A stretch of 32,000 nucleotides of DNA from an uncultured Solirubrobacterales bacterium (GCA_963730315.1 CAVSRD010000019.1:170160-202159), one strand, 5' to 3'; positions 5,941 through 13,870 are shown, counted from the stretch's first letter. Numbers and translations are program-made. Notes: generated by a model not told the origin, from the letters alone.

Positions 5941-6111
5941 ATTTGCGGAACTACTCGGGGCGCTTAGGCTTTGCGGCCCGCTTTAGCAGCGCATCCCAGG
6001 TCTTCCGCTTGACCAGACTGTCCTGCGCTTCGCCTGCGCCCTGTTGCCCTAGACGTTGCCCCGAGACGCCAACGCCGCCCCGGAGGACGGCGTATTTGGC
6101 TCTATAGCTAG

Positions 6112-6184
6112 CGCCCCCGCCAGGATTCGAACCTGGGACCCTCGGATTAGAAGTCCGACGCTCTGTCCACTGAGCTACGGGGGC
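6112..6184 (-). tRNA. tRNA-Arg (anticodon UCU)
   Basis: Reverse complement: GCCCCCG TA GCTC AGTGGACA GAGC G TCGGA CTTCTAA TCCGA GGGTC CCAGG TTCGAAT CCTGG CGGGGGC G. This is 73 nt with a full cloverleaf and a 7-bp acceptor stem. CCA is not encoded. Confidence 0.93.
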
Positions 6185-6216
6185 GGGCTCCTCAAGGTTA
6201 AGGCTCCGGGCGTCCG

Positions 6217-8391
6217 TCAGCTCTTGCCAAGTTCGGCGCATTCGTTCGGGTCGAGCTTGCCCTTGACCTTGAAGACGTAGTCGGGCTCGGGGGTGATTTC
6301 CGGCTCATCGATCACCAGTTCGAGCGCCGGGCTGGTCTTCAGCCAGGCGTAGATCGGATACCAGTAGGGCGCCTCGGGCGAGTCCTGGGTGTACTGGCTG
6401 ACGATCAGGAAGTCGTAGTTGCCGGCGTTGACCCGGCGGCGGAACTGGCGGCAGCTGGTCGCCAGGCGGTAGGTCCCGTTCGGCCCCGGCACGCCGATGT
6501 ACTGGACGTGGTTGTCGAGGTTGGCCCCGTAGAAGCCGTACTGGCCGAAGAAGATCTCGCCCGAGCCGGCGATGCCGATCCGGGCCCCGTGCCGGTTGCG
6601 GGCGAAAGTGTAGGCCTTGCGCGGCCCGCCTTCCTGGAGGAACGGGAGCACCCGCGTGTAGTGCTGGTCGTAGTACTGGACCTCCTGAGCACGGCCGAGC
6701 ACCACCGCGAGCAGCACGACGACGCCGGCCACCGCCGCAACCGCGCCGCGGCCGATCATGCGCCTCGACCGCAACAGGGCCAGCCCGGCCGGCGTCCAGG
6801 CCAGGGCCAAGGTGAGGAACACGGTGCCGGCGAGGTAGTTCGGGAACCAGCGGGGCGTGCTCAGCACGGTGATCGCGTAGACCGCGGTGAGGAATAGCAG
6901 CGTCTGCCAGGCGCGCGAGTCGGGGGCGCGCAGCGGTCGGGCGATCGGCAGCAGGGTGAGCGCCAAAACCAGCCCCGGCATCAGGTAGCGGGTGTTGGTG
7001 AAGAAGCCGGTCGGGGAGCCCTCCTGGCCGGCCGCGGTGAGCGGCGTGAAGACGTAGACGACCGCGGTGAGCAGCGCCGCGGCGGCGAGCACCCGCAGGA
7101 TCCGGTTGCGGGAGCGCACCGCGATGAACACGGCGACGGCGACGGCGACGATCAGGATCAGCGGCCAGAGCGGCCCGAAGGCGTCGTCGAGCCGCGGGAA
7201 GAACCAGCGTCGGTAGATCGTCGGGTCGGTCAGGTAGTGCGAGACGGCGAAGCGCGGGCGCGGGTCGAGCGGCATCTGGTGGGGCGTCGGGAGGTGCAGC
7301 GGGCCCCAGCCGATCTGCGGGATCGGGTTGCCCCCGGTCTTGATCGCCGCCCGCACGTACCAGTAGCCGCCGACCACGAAGGCCGAGAGGCCGAGCACCC
7401 AGGCGGTGGTGAGGCGGCGCCCGCGGCCGCTGAAGACGACGACGCCGACGGCGATCGCGACGACGGGGATCAGGAAGGTGAGCTTCACCGATGCGGCGAG
7501 ACCGGCGGCGACCCCGGCGATCGCCAGCGGTCCGCGGTCGAGCAGCGGCGCGTCGCGCTCCGGCGCGTCCTGCACGGCGCCGGCGGCCGGCGCGCGGCGC
7601 TGGTGGCCGTTGATCAAGAAGGCCGCGAAGGCGATCAGGAAGGCGAGCCCCATGATGTCGTTGCGCCCCTCGCCGGGCTGGGTTTCGATCATCACGCCCG
7701 AGTCGAGCACGATCGCCGCGGCGACCAGGCTCGCCGGGCCGACCTTGTAGGGGCGGCCGACGCACCAGGCGGCGAGCAGCGCGATCGCGAGCCAGATCAG
7801 GTTGATCAGCGGTGACAGCCAGTCGGTCTTGAAGATGACGATCGCGCTGCCGTGGATCAGCTCCGAGCTTTGCGGGTAGAACCAGGCGGCGAGCCGCAGC
7901 GGATCGGTGAGGTGCAGGTGCACGGTCGAGTGTTCCTGCGCGAACCGGGCCGCGAATGGCATGTGGTACCAGGTCGTGTCCCCGCCGAACATGCCGAAGT
8001 CGAGGTCGAGCTGCGATGGGAAGGTCCACTCCGCGACCGTGAAGGAGGCGACGCCGAGCGCGATCAGCAGGGCGATCGTCTGCACCCGCGGCGCCGCCAC
8101 TTCCCGCCCGTCGCGACCGGCCATCTTCCAACCGAGCAGCGCCGCCAGCAGGCCGATGCCGATGCAGAAGACGATCATCCAGCCGACTGTGAGGATGCTG
8201 AGCGAGCCGAGCAGCTCGAGCGATACGAGCAGCAGGGCGACGGCGATTGTCGCGTCGGCGAGGCGGCCGAGGGCGCCCGAAAACTCGGGCGCGATCCAAC
8301 GCCGCAGCCAGTAGCCGCCGAGGCCGACCGCCGAGACGATGCCGATCACGGCGAAGCAGCCGCCGATGTAGGAGCCGAGCGAGGGGGTCAC
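6217..8391 (-). CDS. large polytopic integral membrane protein (GT-C-like glycosyltransferase suspected, unproven)
   Basis: Track ORF, 724 aa, with a GTG start at 8391. It has many long hydrophobic segments followed by a ~150-aa soluble C-terminal domain. The frame is GC3-rich. The overlapping 935-aa ORF in another frame is Arg/Pro junk. Confidence 0.75.
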   Translation of the reverse strand: MTPSLGSYIGGCFAVIGIVSAVGLGGYWLRRWIAPEFSGALGRLADATIAVALLLVSLELLGSLSILTVGWMIVFCIGIGLLAALLGWKMAGRDGREVAAPRVQTIALLIALGVASFTVAEWTFPSQLDLDFGMFGGDTTWYHMPFAARFAQEHSTVHLHLTDPLRLAAWFYPQSSELIHGSAIVIFKTDWLSPLINLIWLAIALLAAWCVGRPYKVGPASLVAAAIVLDSGVMIETQPGEGRNDIMGLAFLIAFAAFLINGHQRRAPAAGAVQDAPERDAPLLDRGPLAIAGVAAGLAASVKLTFLIPVVAIAVGVVVFSGRGRRLTTAWVLGLSAFVVGGYWYVRAAIKTGGNPIPQIGWGPLHLPTPHQMPLDPRPRFAVSHYLTDPTIYRRWFFPRLDDAFGPLWPLILIVAVAVAVFIAVRSRNRILRVLAAAALLTAVVYVFTPLTAAGQEGSPTGFFTNTRYLMPGLVLALTLLPIARPLRAPDSRAWQTLLFLTAVYAITVLSTPRWFPNYLAGTVFLTLALAWTPAGLALLRSRRMIGRGAVAAVAGVVVLLAVVLGRAQEVQYYDQHYTRVLPFLQEGGPRKAYTFARNRHGARIGIAGSGEIFFGQYGFYGANLDNHVQYIGVPGPNGTYRLATSCRQFRRRVNAGNYDFLIVSQYTQDSPEAPYWYPIYAWLKTSPALELVIDEPEITPEPDYVFKVKGKLDPNECAELGKS

Positions 8392-8430
8392 CGGCGCGGG
8401 ATGCTATTCGGCGCGCCGGGCGGGCGAGGG

Positions 8431-9108
8431 CTAGGAGGCGGCGGCCGGGATGCGGCAGGAGACGCCAGTTCCGGAAAGCCCGCAGTAGCCGTTCGGCACC
8501 TTGTGCAGGTATTGCTGGTGGTGGTCCTCGGCGTGGTAGAAGGGGCCGGCCGGCTCGACCTCGGTGGTGATCTGCCCGTGGCCGGTGGCGCGAAGCGCCT
8601 CGTCGTAGGCGCGCAGGGCCATCTCCGCGGCCGCCTGCTGGGCGTCGTTCGTGAAGTAGACGCCGGAGCGGTACTGGGTGCCGACGTCGTTGCCCTGGCG
8701 CATCCCCTGGGTCGGGTCGTGCTCCTCGAAGAACACCTTGAGCAGGTCGGCGTAGGAGATCCGCTTCGGGTCGAAGGCGACCAGCACCGCCTCGGTGTGC
8801 CCGGTCCTGCCCGTGCAGACCTCCTCGTAGGTCGGATTGGGCGTGGTCCCGTTCATGTAGCCAACCGCGGTCGTGCAGACGCCGCCCAGCCCCCAGAACA
8901 GCTGCTCCGCGCCCCAGAAGCAGCCGAGCGCGAAGTAGGCCGTCTCGATCCCCTCCGGGAAGGGCGGCTTCAGCGGCGTGCCGAGCACCGCGTGGCGCTC
9001 TGGCACCTCGAAGGCCGGCTCGCTGCGACCGGGCAGCGTCTCCTCCGGCGCCGGCGTACGCGTCTTCGGCGCGTTGAGCATCGAGACCAGCCTGTCGAGT
9101 CGGCTCAT
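8431..9108 (-). CDS. msrA: peptide-methionine (S)-S-oxide reductase
   Basis: Track ORF, 225 aa. It carries the catalytic GCFWG motif ([16 protein letters not shown]) plus GYMNG...[13 protein letters not shown]...V.FDP and YHQQYL.K.P.GYC. Confidence 0.93.
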   Translation of the reverse strand: MSRLDRLVSMLNAPKTRTPAPEETLPGRSEPAFEVPERHAVLGTPLKPPFPEGIETAYFALGCFWGAEQLFWGLGGVCTTAVGYMNGTTPNPTYEEVCTGRTGHTEAVLVAFDPKRISYADLLKVFFEEHDPTQGMRQGNDVGTQYRSGVYFTNDAQQAAAEMALRAYDEALRATGHGQITTEVEPAGPFYHAEDHHQQYLHKVPNGYCGLSGTGVSCRIPAAAS

Positions 9109-9169
9109 GCACCGATCACGTTACAGGGGGGCGCCAGGCGGCTGGACCGGGTTGAGCTCCCCGCCGCGA

Positions 9170-10259
9170 TCACCGGGGCGCAGAGCGGGCCCGGAGCCGG
9201 TCCCTCTCGGGCGAGTTCCGGCTCAGCGCGGCGGCGCGGCCGAACTCCGCCCGCGCCTCGCGCTCTCGCCCGAGCCGCTCGAGCAGCTCACCGCGCGCCG
9301 CCGGAAGCAGGTGGTAGCCGCGCAGCGCCGGCTCGTCCTCGAGCTCGTCGAGCAGCTCCAGACCGGCCGCCGGGCCGAACGCCATCCCCACCGCAACGGC
9401 CCGGTTCAGCCTCACGACCGGCGACCCCGTCACCGCGGCGAGCCCGTCGTAGAGGGCGGCAATCCGCTCCCAGTCCGTCTGCTCGGGGGTGCGCGCCCGA
9501 GCGTGGCAGGCGGCAATCGCCGCCTGCAGGGCGTAGGGACCGAGCGGGCGGCCGAGCGCCTCGGCCCGCTCCAGCGCCCTCAGCCCGTGACCGATGAGGA
9601 CGAAGTCCCAGCGCGAGCGGTCCTGCTCGAGCAACGGGATCGCCTCGCCGCCCGGCCCGGTCCGCGCCGGGAAGCGTGAGGCCTGCAGCTCCATCAGCGC
9701 GACCAGGCCCAGGACCTCCGGCTCCTCCGGGGCCAGCCCGGCGAGGACGCGGCCGAGCCGCATCGCCTCCTGGCAGAGGTCGGCGCGGATCCACTGCTCG
9801 CCGCCGCTCGCGGCGTAGCCCTCGTTGAAGATCGCGTAGATCACCTCCAGGACCGAGGAGAGGCGCTGTGCGCGCTCGGCGGCGCCGGGCACCTCGATCG
9901 GCACTTTGGCCTCGGCCAGCGTCCGCTTCGCCCGCACGATCCGCGGCGGCAAGGTCGCGCTCGGAGAAGCGCGCCCGCAACTCGGCCTCGCGCCCGATTT
10001 CCTCCTGCTTGCGCGCCGCCATCCGCTCGCGCCGCAGCTGGTCGATCGCGCGGTTCCTCGCGGTCGCCATCAACCACGCGCCGGGGTTGTCGGGCACGCC
10101 GCTCGCGGGCCACCGCTCCAGCGCGACGACGAGCGCGTCTTGGGCCAGGTCCTCGGCGAGGCCGACGTCGCCGACCACCCGCGCCAGCCCGGCGATCAGC
10201 CGGGCCGACTCGATCCTCCAGACCGCATCGACAGCGCGGCGGGCGTCCTCGGCAGCCAT
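9170..10259 (-). pseudogene. ECF42-type RNA polymerase sigma factor, apparently disrupted (region 4 deleted plus a frame change near 9952-9960)
   Basis: The N-terminal frame (ATG 10259) reads MAAEDARRAVDAVWRIESARLIAGLARVVGDVGLAEDLAQDALVVALERWPASGVPDNPGAWLMATARNRAIDQLRRER... (sigma region 2). It turns into Arg/Gly/Pro junk after ...ELRARFSERD. The C-terminal homology (L)PPRIVRAKRTLAEAKVPIEVP...VLEVIYAIFNEGY...ALQAAIAACHA...LNRAVA... continues in a different frame (9952->9170). The LRLIFTCCHP...TLR..GGLTT.EIARAFLV stretch expected between them is absent. Confidence 0.6.
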
Positions 10260-10297
10260 CGTCCCGGCAACCTACGCCCGCCGCGCCTCCGGGGCCG

Positions 10298-10726
10298 CTA
10301 CTGGTTGCCCTCCATCTCGTCGCGGAGGCGCCGCTCGCGCTCGCGCAGCTCCGGGGTGAACTCCTCGCCGAAGTCTTCCTCCTCGAAGACCTGGCGGATC
10401 TCGATCTCCCCCGGTTCGTCGTGCGGGTTGGGGCAGCGCTTGATCCACTCGACCGCCTCGTCGAGGGAGCGGACCTCCATCAGCCAGTAGCCGGCGATCA
10501 GCTCCTTGGTCTCGGCGAAGGGGCCGTCGATCACGGACCGCTCTCCGTCCCCGCCGAAGCTGACCCGGACGCCCCGCGACGACGGGTGCAGCCCCTCGCC
10601 CGCCAGCATCACGCCGGCCTTGACCATTTCCTCGTTGAACTCGCCCATCGCGGCGAGCAGCTCCTCGCTCGGCATCGCGCCGGCCTCGGAGTTCTTGCTT
10701 GCCTTGACTATCGCCATCACTCGCAT
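10298..10726 (-). CDS. YCII-related / DGPF-domain protein (usual partner of ECF42 sigma factors)
   Basis: Internal ATG at 10726 of track ORF 10298..11047 gives 142 aa. MRVMAIVKASKNSEAGAMPSEELLAAMGEFNEEMVKAGVMLAGEGLHPSS...VIDGPFAETKELIAGYWLMEVRSLDEAVEWIKRCP is a typical YciI-like/DGPF sequence. An AAGGAA Shine-Dalgarno-like element lies upstream. Confidence 0.85.
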   Translation of the reverse strand: MRVMAIVKASKNSEAGAMPSEELLAAMGEFNEEMVKAGVMLAGEGLHPSSRGVRVSFGGDGERSVIDGPFAETKELIAGYWLMEVRSLDEAVEWIKRCPNPHDEPGEIEIRQVFEEEDFGEEFTPELRERERRLRDEMEGNQ

Positions 10727-10779
10727 CTCGGTTCCTTTCGCCTGTCTCGTGGGGTCCGCGGGCGGCCCTCTCTCCCCTT

Positions 10780-11001
10780 CTACCCCTGCGACGAACGAGG
10801 CCCGCCGGAATCGACACGGCCCGCCGGGCCCGCCTCGCGGCGTTCGAAACCCGCGCAGGAGACGACCGGGACGCGCGGGTAGCGCAGGTAGGCGGGATCG
10901 TCGCCGGAGCGCCGGCAGAGGCTGAAGACCGAGCCGCGGGTGTTGGGGACCAGGCGCTGCTGCGCGCAGCGGTCGCAGAGCCCGTTGCCGGTACCGGTCA
11001 C
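10780..11001 (-). CDS. small four-Cys hypothetical protein (73 aa)
   Basis: Track ORF with a GTG start and an extremely GC3-rich frame. (M)TGTGNGLCDRCAQQRLVPNTRGSVFSLCRRSGDDPAYLRYPRVPVVSCAGFE contains CxxC ... C ... C. Confidence 0.5.
   Translation of the reverse strand: MTGTGNGLCDRCAQQRLVPNTRGSVFSLCRRSGDDPAYLRYPRVPVVSCAGFERREAGPAGRVDSGGPRSSQG
10790..10816 (-). promoter_or_regulatory. ECF-type promoter candidate upstream of the DGPF gene (TGTCGA-N17-CGTC)
   Basis: The minus strand reads TGTCGA (10816-10811), a 17-nt spacer, then CGTC (10793-10790), about 65 nt upstream of ATG 10726. A CGTC-like -10 is typical of ECF promoters. I recall, but cannot verify, that TGTCGA is the -35 reported for ECF42. 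Confidence 0.35.
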
Positions 11002-11046
11002 GACGCGAAGCTATCGCGCCGCGGCCGCTGCGGATAACGTCTCGCA

Positions 11047-11331
11047 ATCGGCTGCCTCGCCCTCCTCCTCGCGCTGATCTCGCCGCGCCTGGCGCTGTTC
11101 GTCCTCTGGCTGCTCAGCGACCTGCTCAGCCGCGCCTTCGAGAGCTGGGTCGTCCCCTTCCTCGGCTTCTTCCTGCTGCCCTGGACGACGCTCGCCTACG
11201 CCGGGATGTGGGCGTCCTCGGAAGGGGTAAAGGGCTTCGAGTGGTTCATCGTCGCCCTCGCCTTCCTGATCGACCTCGGCGCCTTCGCCGGGGGCCGCAG
11301 GCGGCGACGGGGATACGGCGCCGGCCGGTAG
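11047..11331 (+). CDS. small two/three-TM membrane protein; start codon unresolved
   Basis: The frame is open from 11038 (after TAA 11035-11037) to TAG 11329-11331. Translation: RLAIGCLALLLALISPRLALFVLWLLSDLLSRAFESWVVPFLGFFLLPWTTLAYAGMWASSEGVKGFEWFIVALAFLIDLGAFAGGRRRRRGYGAGR*. The frame is GC3-rich. There is no ATG/GTG/TTG before the first TM segment; ATC 11047 and CTG 11071 are the only candidates. The track only reports an unrelated frame starting at 11208. Confidence 0.45.
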   Translation: MGCLALLLALISPRLALFVLWLLSDLLSRAFESWVVPFLGFFLLPWTTLAYAGMWASSEGVKGFEWFIVALAFLIDLGAFAGGRRRRRGYGAGR

Positions 11332-11345
11332 GGGCCGGCCGCCTC

Positions 11346-11627
11346 CTATCGGCCGTCGAGCGGGTAGGCGAAGTGGACGTGGGCCTTCGAGAGGACGATG
11401 AAGTCGTGGTGCTCCACCTCGCCGCCGCCCCGCGGGCCGATCTCGACGTCGACCAGGGGCAGGAACGCGACGTCGGCCCGGTTGATCGCATCGGAGAAGC
11501 GGCTCTGGTAGCCCTCGGGCGGCAGCGTCACGTCGCCGACGACGACGTGATTGTCGGTTTCGAACAAGATCCGTTCCCGAGGGTGGCCACCACTCGATTC
11601 GGCCTCCACCGGGCGCCTATCGGCCAC
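11346..11627 (-). CDS. conserved-looking hypothetical protein (93 aa)
   Basis: Track ORF with a GC3-rich frame. ...ILFETDNHVVVGDVTLPPEGYQSRFSDAINRADVAFLPLVDVEI...FIVLSKAHVHFAYP resembles a small actinobacterial family of unknown function (recollection only). Confidence 0.6.
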   Translation of the reverse strand: MADRRPVEAESSGGHPRERILFETDNHVVVGDVTLPPEGYQSRFSDAINRADVAFLPLVDVEIGPRGGGEVEHHDFIVLSKAHVHFAYPLDGR

Positions 11628-11684
11628 TTGCAGCCGTTTCGCGACCGAACAACCGTCCAGCGACCCCCGGTGGGACGCCGGCGC

Positions 11685-12194
11685 TCAGGTCGGGCGCCAG
11701 GGATCGCGCCGCGGCAGCCAGCGCGGCACGGCGCGCTTGTAGGCGCGGTATTCCTTGCCGAAGCGGCGTTCCAGCCCAGGCTCCTCGACGAACACGAAGT
11801 AGGCGAAGTTGACGACCAGGAACAGCGCCCCCCAGCCGAGGGTCCAAGGCGACCCGAAGAAGACCGCCTCGCCCGTCAGCAGGGTCGCCACGGCGCCGAT
11901 CATCGGGTTGCGCACGTGGCGGTAGGGGCCCTCGACGACCAGATGCGAGGTCGGGTCCCAGCTCGCCAGCGTCCCCCTGCCGATCCGGCTGAACAGGCGC
12001 ACGGTCCACAGCCAGATCGAGAAGCCGGCGACGATCAGGGCCAGCCCGAGCAGCGCGACGAGCACGGCGGCCGCACCGCCCAGCCGCCAGCCGATCTCGG
12101 GACCTTCGACGAGCAGCAGGATCAGAATCGGCACGACAATCGTCACATTGCCCGGCAGCAGCGCGATTGCCCGAGCCTGCCGCCAGCCGCTCAT
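11685..12194 (-). CDS. isoprenylcysteine carboxyl methyltransferase (ICMT)/phospholipid methyltransferase-family membrane protein
   Basis: Internal ATG at 12194 of track ORF 11685..12290 gives 169 aa. It has several TM segments plus the family signature LVVEGPYRHVRNPMIGA...EEPGLERRFGKEYRAYKRAVPRWLP. Confidence 0.8.
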   Translation of the reverse strand: MSGWRQARAIALLPGNVTIVVPILILLLVEGPEIGWRLGGAAAVLVALLGLALIVAGFSIWLWTVRLFSRIGRGTLASWDPTSHLVVEGPYRHVRNPMIGAVATLLTGEAVFFGSPWTLGWGALFLVVNFAYFVFVEEPGLERRFGKEYRAYKRAVPRWLPRRDPWRPT

Positions 12195-12237
12195 CGACCC
12201 AGTCTCGCGCCCTGCACGGCCGGGCGCAACGGGCAGA

Positions 12238-13242
12238 TCAGCTCTTCGCCAGGGCCCGCAGCGATTGTCGCAGCGAGCGTGTGGTGGCAAGCACCGCGGT
12301 CGGCTCGTAGCCGCAGTGGGCCATGCAGTTGTCGCAGCGCGGGTCGCGACCGCGCCCGTAGGAGTCCCAATCGGTGGTCTCGAGCAGCTCGCGGTAGGTC
12401 TCCGCGTAGCCGTCGGCCATCAGGTAGCAGGGTCGCTGCCAGCCGAACAGCGAGTAGCTGGGTATGCCCCAGGCGGTGCACTGAAAGTCGACCTTGCCCT
12501 CGAGGAAGTCGAGGAAGAGCGGCGAGTGGTTGAGCCGCCAGCGCCGTCGCCGCCCACCGGCGAAGGCGGCGCGGAACAGCTCGTGCGTCTGGCGCACGCC
12601 GAGGAAGTGGTCCTGGTCGGGCGCCTTCTCGTAAGCGTAGGCCGGCGAGATCATCATCTGGTCGACCTCTAGCTCGTCGTTGAGGAAGTCGAGCACACGG
12701 CGCACCGTGTGCGGCGAGTCGTGGGTGAAGAAGGTGGTGTTGGTGGTCACCCGGAAGCCGCGCCCCTTGGCGGCGCGGATCGCGGCGACGGCCGTGTCGA
12801 ACACGCCCTCGCGGCAGACCGACTCGTCGTGGCGCTCGCGCAGCCCATCGATGTGGACCGCCCAGGCGAAGTAGGGGGACGGCTCGAAGCGGTCGAGCTT
12901 GCGCTCCATCATGATCGCGTTGGTGCACAGGTAGACGAAGCGCTTGCGCTCGATCAGGCGGCGCACGATCTCGTCGATCTCGGGGTGGATCAGCGGCTCG
13001 CCACCGGCGATCGAGACCATCGGCGCGCCGCACTCCTCGATCGCGCCGATCGCCTGCTCGACCGGCATGCGGCGGCGCAGCACGTGATCGGGCTGCTGGA
13101 TCTTGCCGCAGCCGGCGCACGCCAGGTTGCACTGGAACAGCGGCTCCAGCTCGACGATCAGCGGGAACTTGTCGCGCCTGCGCAGCCTCTGCGTCGCCAG
13201 GTAGGCGGCCATGCGGGCGGTCTGTCTGAGCGGGACGGGCAC
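12238..13242 (-). CDS. hpnH: adenosyl-hopene transferase (hopanoid-associated radical SAM protein HpnH)
   Basis: Frame of track ORF 12238..13470. It has the CNLACAGCGKI radical-SAM cluster motif preceded by FPLIVELEPLFQ, and ends with PCYLM.DGY...Y.EL....DW..YG.G.DPRC.NCM.HCGYE. The GTG at 13242 gives (M)PVPLRQTARMAAYLATQRL, which matches the usual HpnH N-terminus. ATG 13212 is the alternative start. Confidence 0.88.
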   Translation of the reverse strand: MPVPLRQTARMAAYLATQRLRRRDKFPLIVELEPLFQCNLACAGCGKIQQPDHVLRRRMPVEQAIGAIEECGAPMVSIAGGEPLIHPEIDEIVRRLIERKRFVYLCTNAIMMERKLDRFEPSPYFAWAVHIDGLRERHDESVCREGVFDTAVAAIRAAKGRGFRVTTNTTFFTHDSPHTVRRVLDFLNDELEVDQMMISPAYAYEKAPDQDHFLGVRQTHELFRAAFAGGRRRRWRLNHSPLFLDFLEGKVDFQCTAWGIPSYSLFGWQRPCYLMADGYAETYRELLETTDWDSYGRGRDPRCDNCMAHCGYEPTAVLATTRSLRQSLRALAKS

Positions 13243-13246
13243 CGGG

Positions 13247-13870
13247 TCAGCCCGCCTCTCGAGCGGCGTCCCGGGCCCACTCCTCGGCCAGGCCGCAGGC
13301 GCGGCGCAGTGTGCGGTAGGCGATCGCCGCGCAGGCGACGGTGCGCAGCGGCCGGTACAGCTCGTGGCGCTCAGTGTCGACGACGACGCGCAGGACGGCG
13401 AGCGGGCGGCCACGGGCGGCCGGGGCGAGCCATGCGGACTCCATGTCGACCGCGAGCGCGCCGCCGCCACGCAGGGCGCGCCGCCGCCTGCCCAACACGG
13501 GCCGCCGGCTGGAGGCGATCGGACCGGCCCGGACGTGCAGGCCGCCGTGGCGCAGCGCGCCGGCGAGGGGCGTTGGGTCGGCGCAGGCGATCGTCCGGTT
13601 CGGGCCGTGCAGCTCCGTGGCCAGCACTATGTGGCCCGGCTCCAGCTGGGGGTCGAGGGCGCCGCAGAAGCCGGCGATCAGCAGCGTGCCGCCACCCCCC
13701 TCGCCCGCCAGCCGCACCGAGCGCGCCGCCCGCCGCGGGCCCATTCCGACCCGGTGCACCAGCGCTCCGGGCGCGCCGGCGCGCGCGGCGCGCGCCTCGA
13801 TCGAGAGCGGCGCCAGGACGACGAGCCCACCGGCCCCGCTGCGCTCGCGCGTGGCGCTCGCCGGGCTCAT
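13247..13870 (-). CDS. hpnG: hopanoid-associated nucleosidase/phosphorylase HpnG (PNP_UDP_1 family)
   Basis: Internal ATG at 13870 of track ORF 13247..14011 gives 207 aa. LVVLAPLSIEARA...GMGP..A...LIAGFCGALDP.L.PG.IV...AVDMESAW is the pattern of the hopanoid-cluster phosphorylase family. It overlaps the shc stop by ATGA and lies between shc and hpnH. Confidence 0.75.
   Translation of the reverse strand: MSPASATRERSGAGGLVVLAPLSIEARAARAGAPGALVHRVGMGPRRAARSVRLAGEGGGGTLLIAGFCGALDPQLEPGHIVLATELHGPNRTIACADPTPLAGALRHGGLHVRAGPIASSRRPVLGRRRRALRGGGALAVDMESAWLAPAARGRPLAVLRVVVDTERHELYRPLRTVACAAIAYRTLRRACGLAEEWARDAAREAG

Larger units (their letters stand above)
848..6111. mobile_element. putative integrated (possibly decayed) mobile island abutting the 3' end of tRNA-Arg(UCU); left boundary unresolved and may lie beyond position 1
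   Basis: The content is phage/plasmid-type: XRE HTH, DnaB_N+AAA_25 helicase-like, excisionase-type HTH, HNH and NYN. There are GC-poor patches at 840-960 and 5284-5940. The right end abuts a tRNA 3' end. No integrase gene and no repeat of the tRNA 3' end were found in the window. Confidence 0.45.

Noticed and set aside
5951-6241. A 96-aa minus-strand ORF covering the tRNA-Arg gene and the spacer down to the NYN gene.
   Set aside because: It reads straight through a bona fide tRNA. The part downstream of the tRNA (…DSLVKRKTWDALLKRAAKPKRPE*) has no ATG/GTG/TTG start of its own.
6305-9112. A 935-aa ORF on the minus strand spanning the membrane-protein and msrA genes. The related plus-strand ORFs are 7852..9597, 7237..7815 and 8247..8570.
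   Set aside because: Their composition is extreme Arg/Pro/Gly/Ala with no motifs. They overlap two well-supported genes (a membrane protein with coherent TM segments, and msrA with GCFWG) in other frames. These are typical shadow ORFs of a stop-poor high-GC sequence.
9288-10259. The 323-aa ORF taken at face value as an intact, short ECF sigma factor.
   Set aside because: Only the first ~100 residues look like sigma region 2. The remaining ~220 residues are Arg/Gly/Pro/Ala junk. The genuine family C-terminus is encoded in the overlapping 9170..9952 frame. I therefore called it a disrupted gene.
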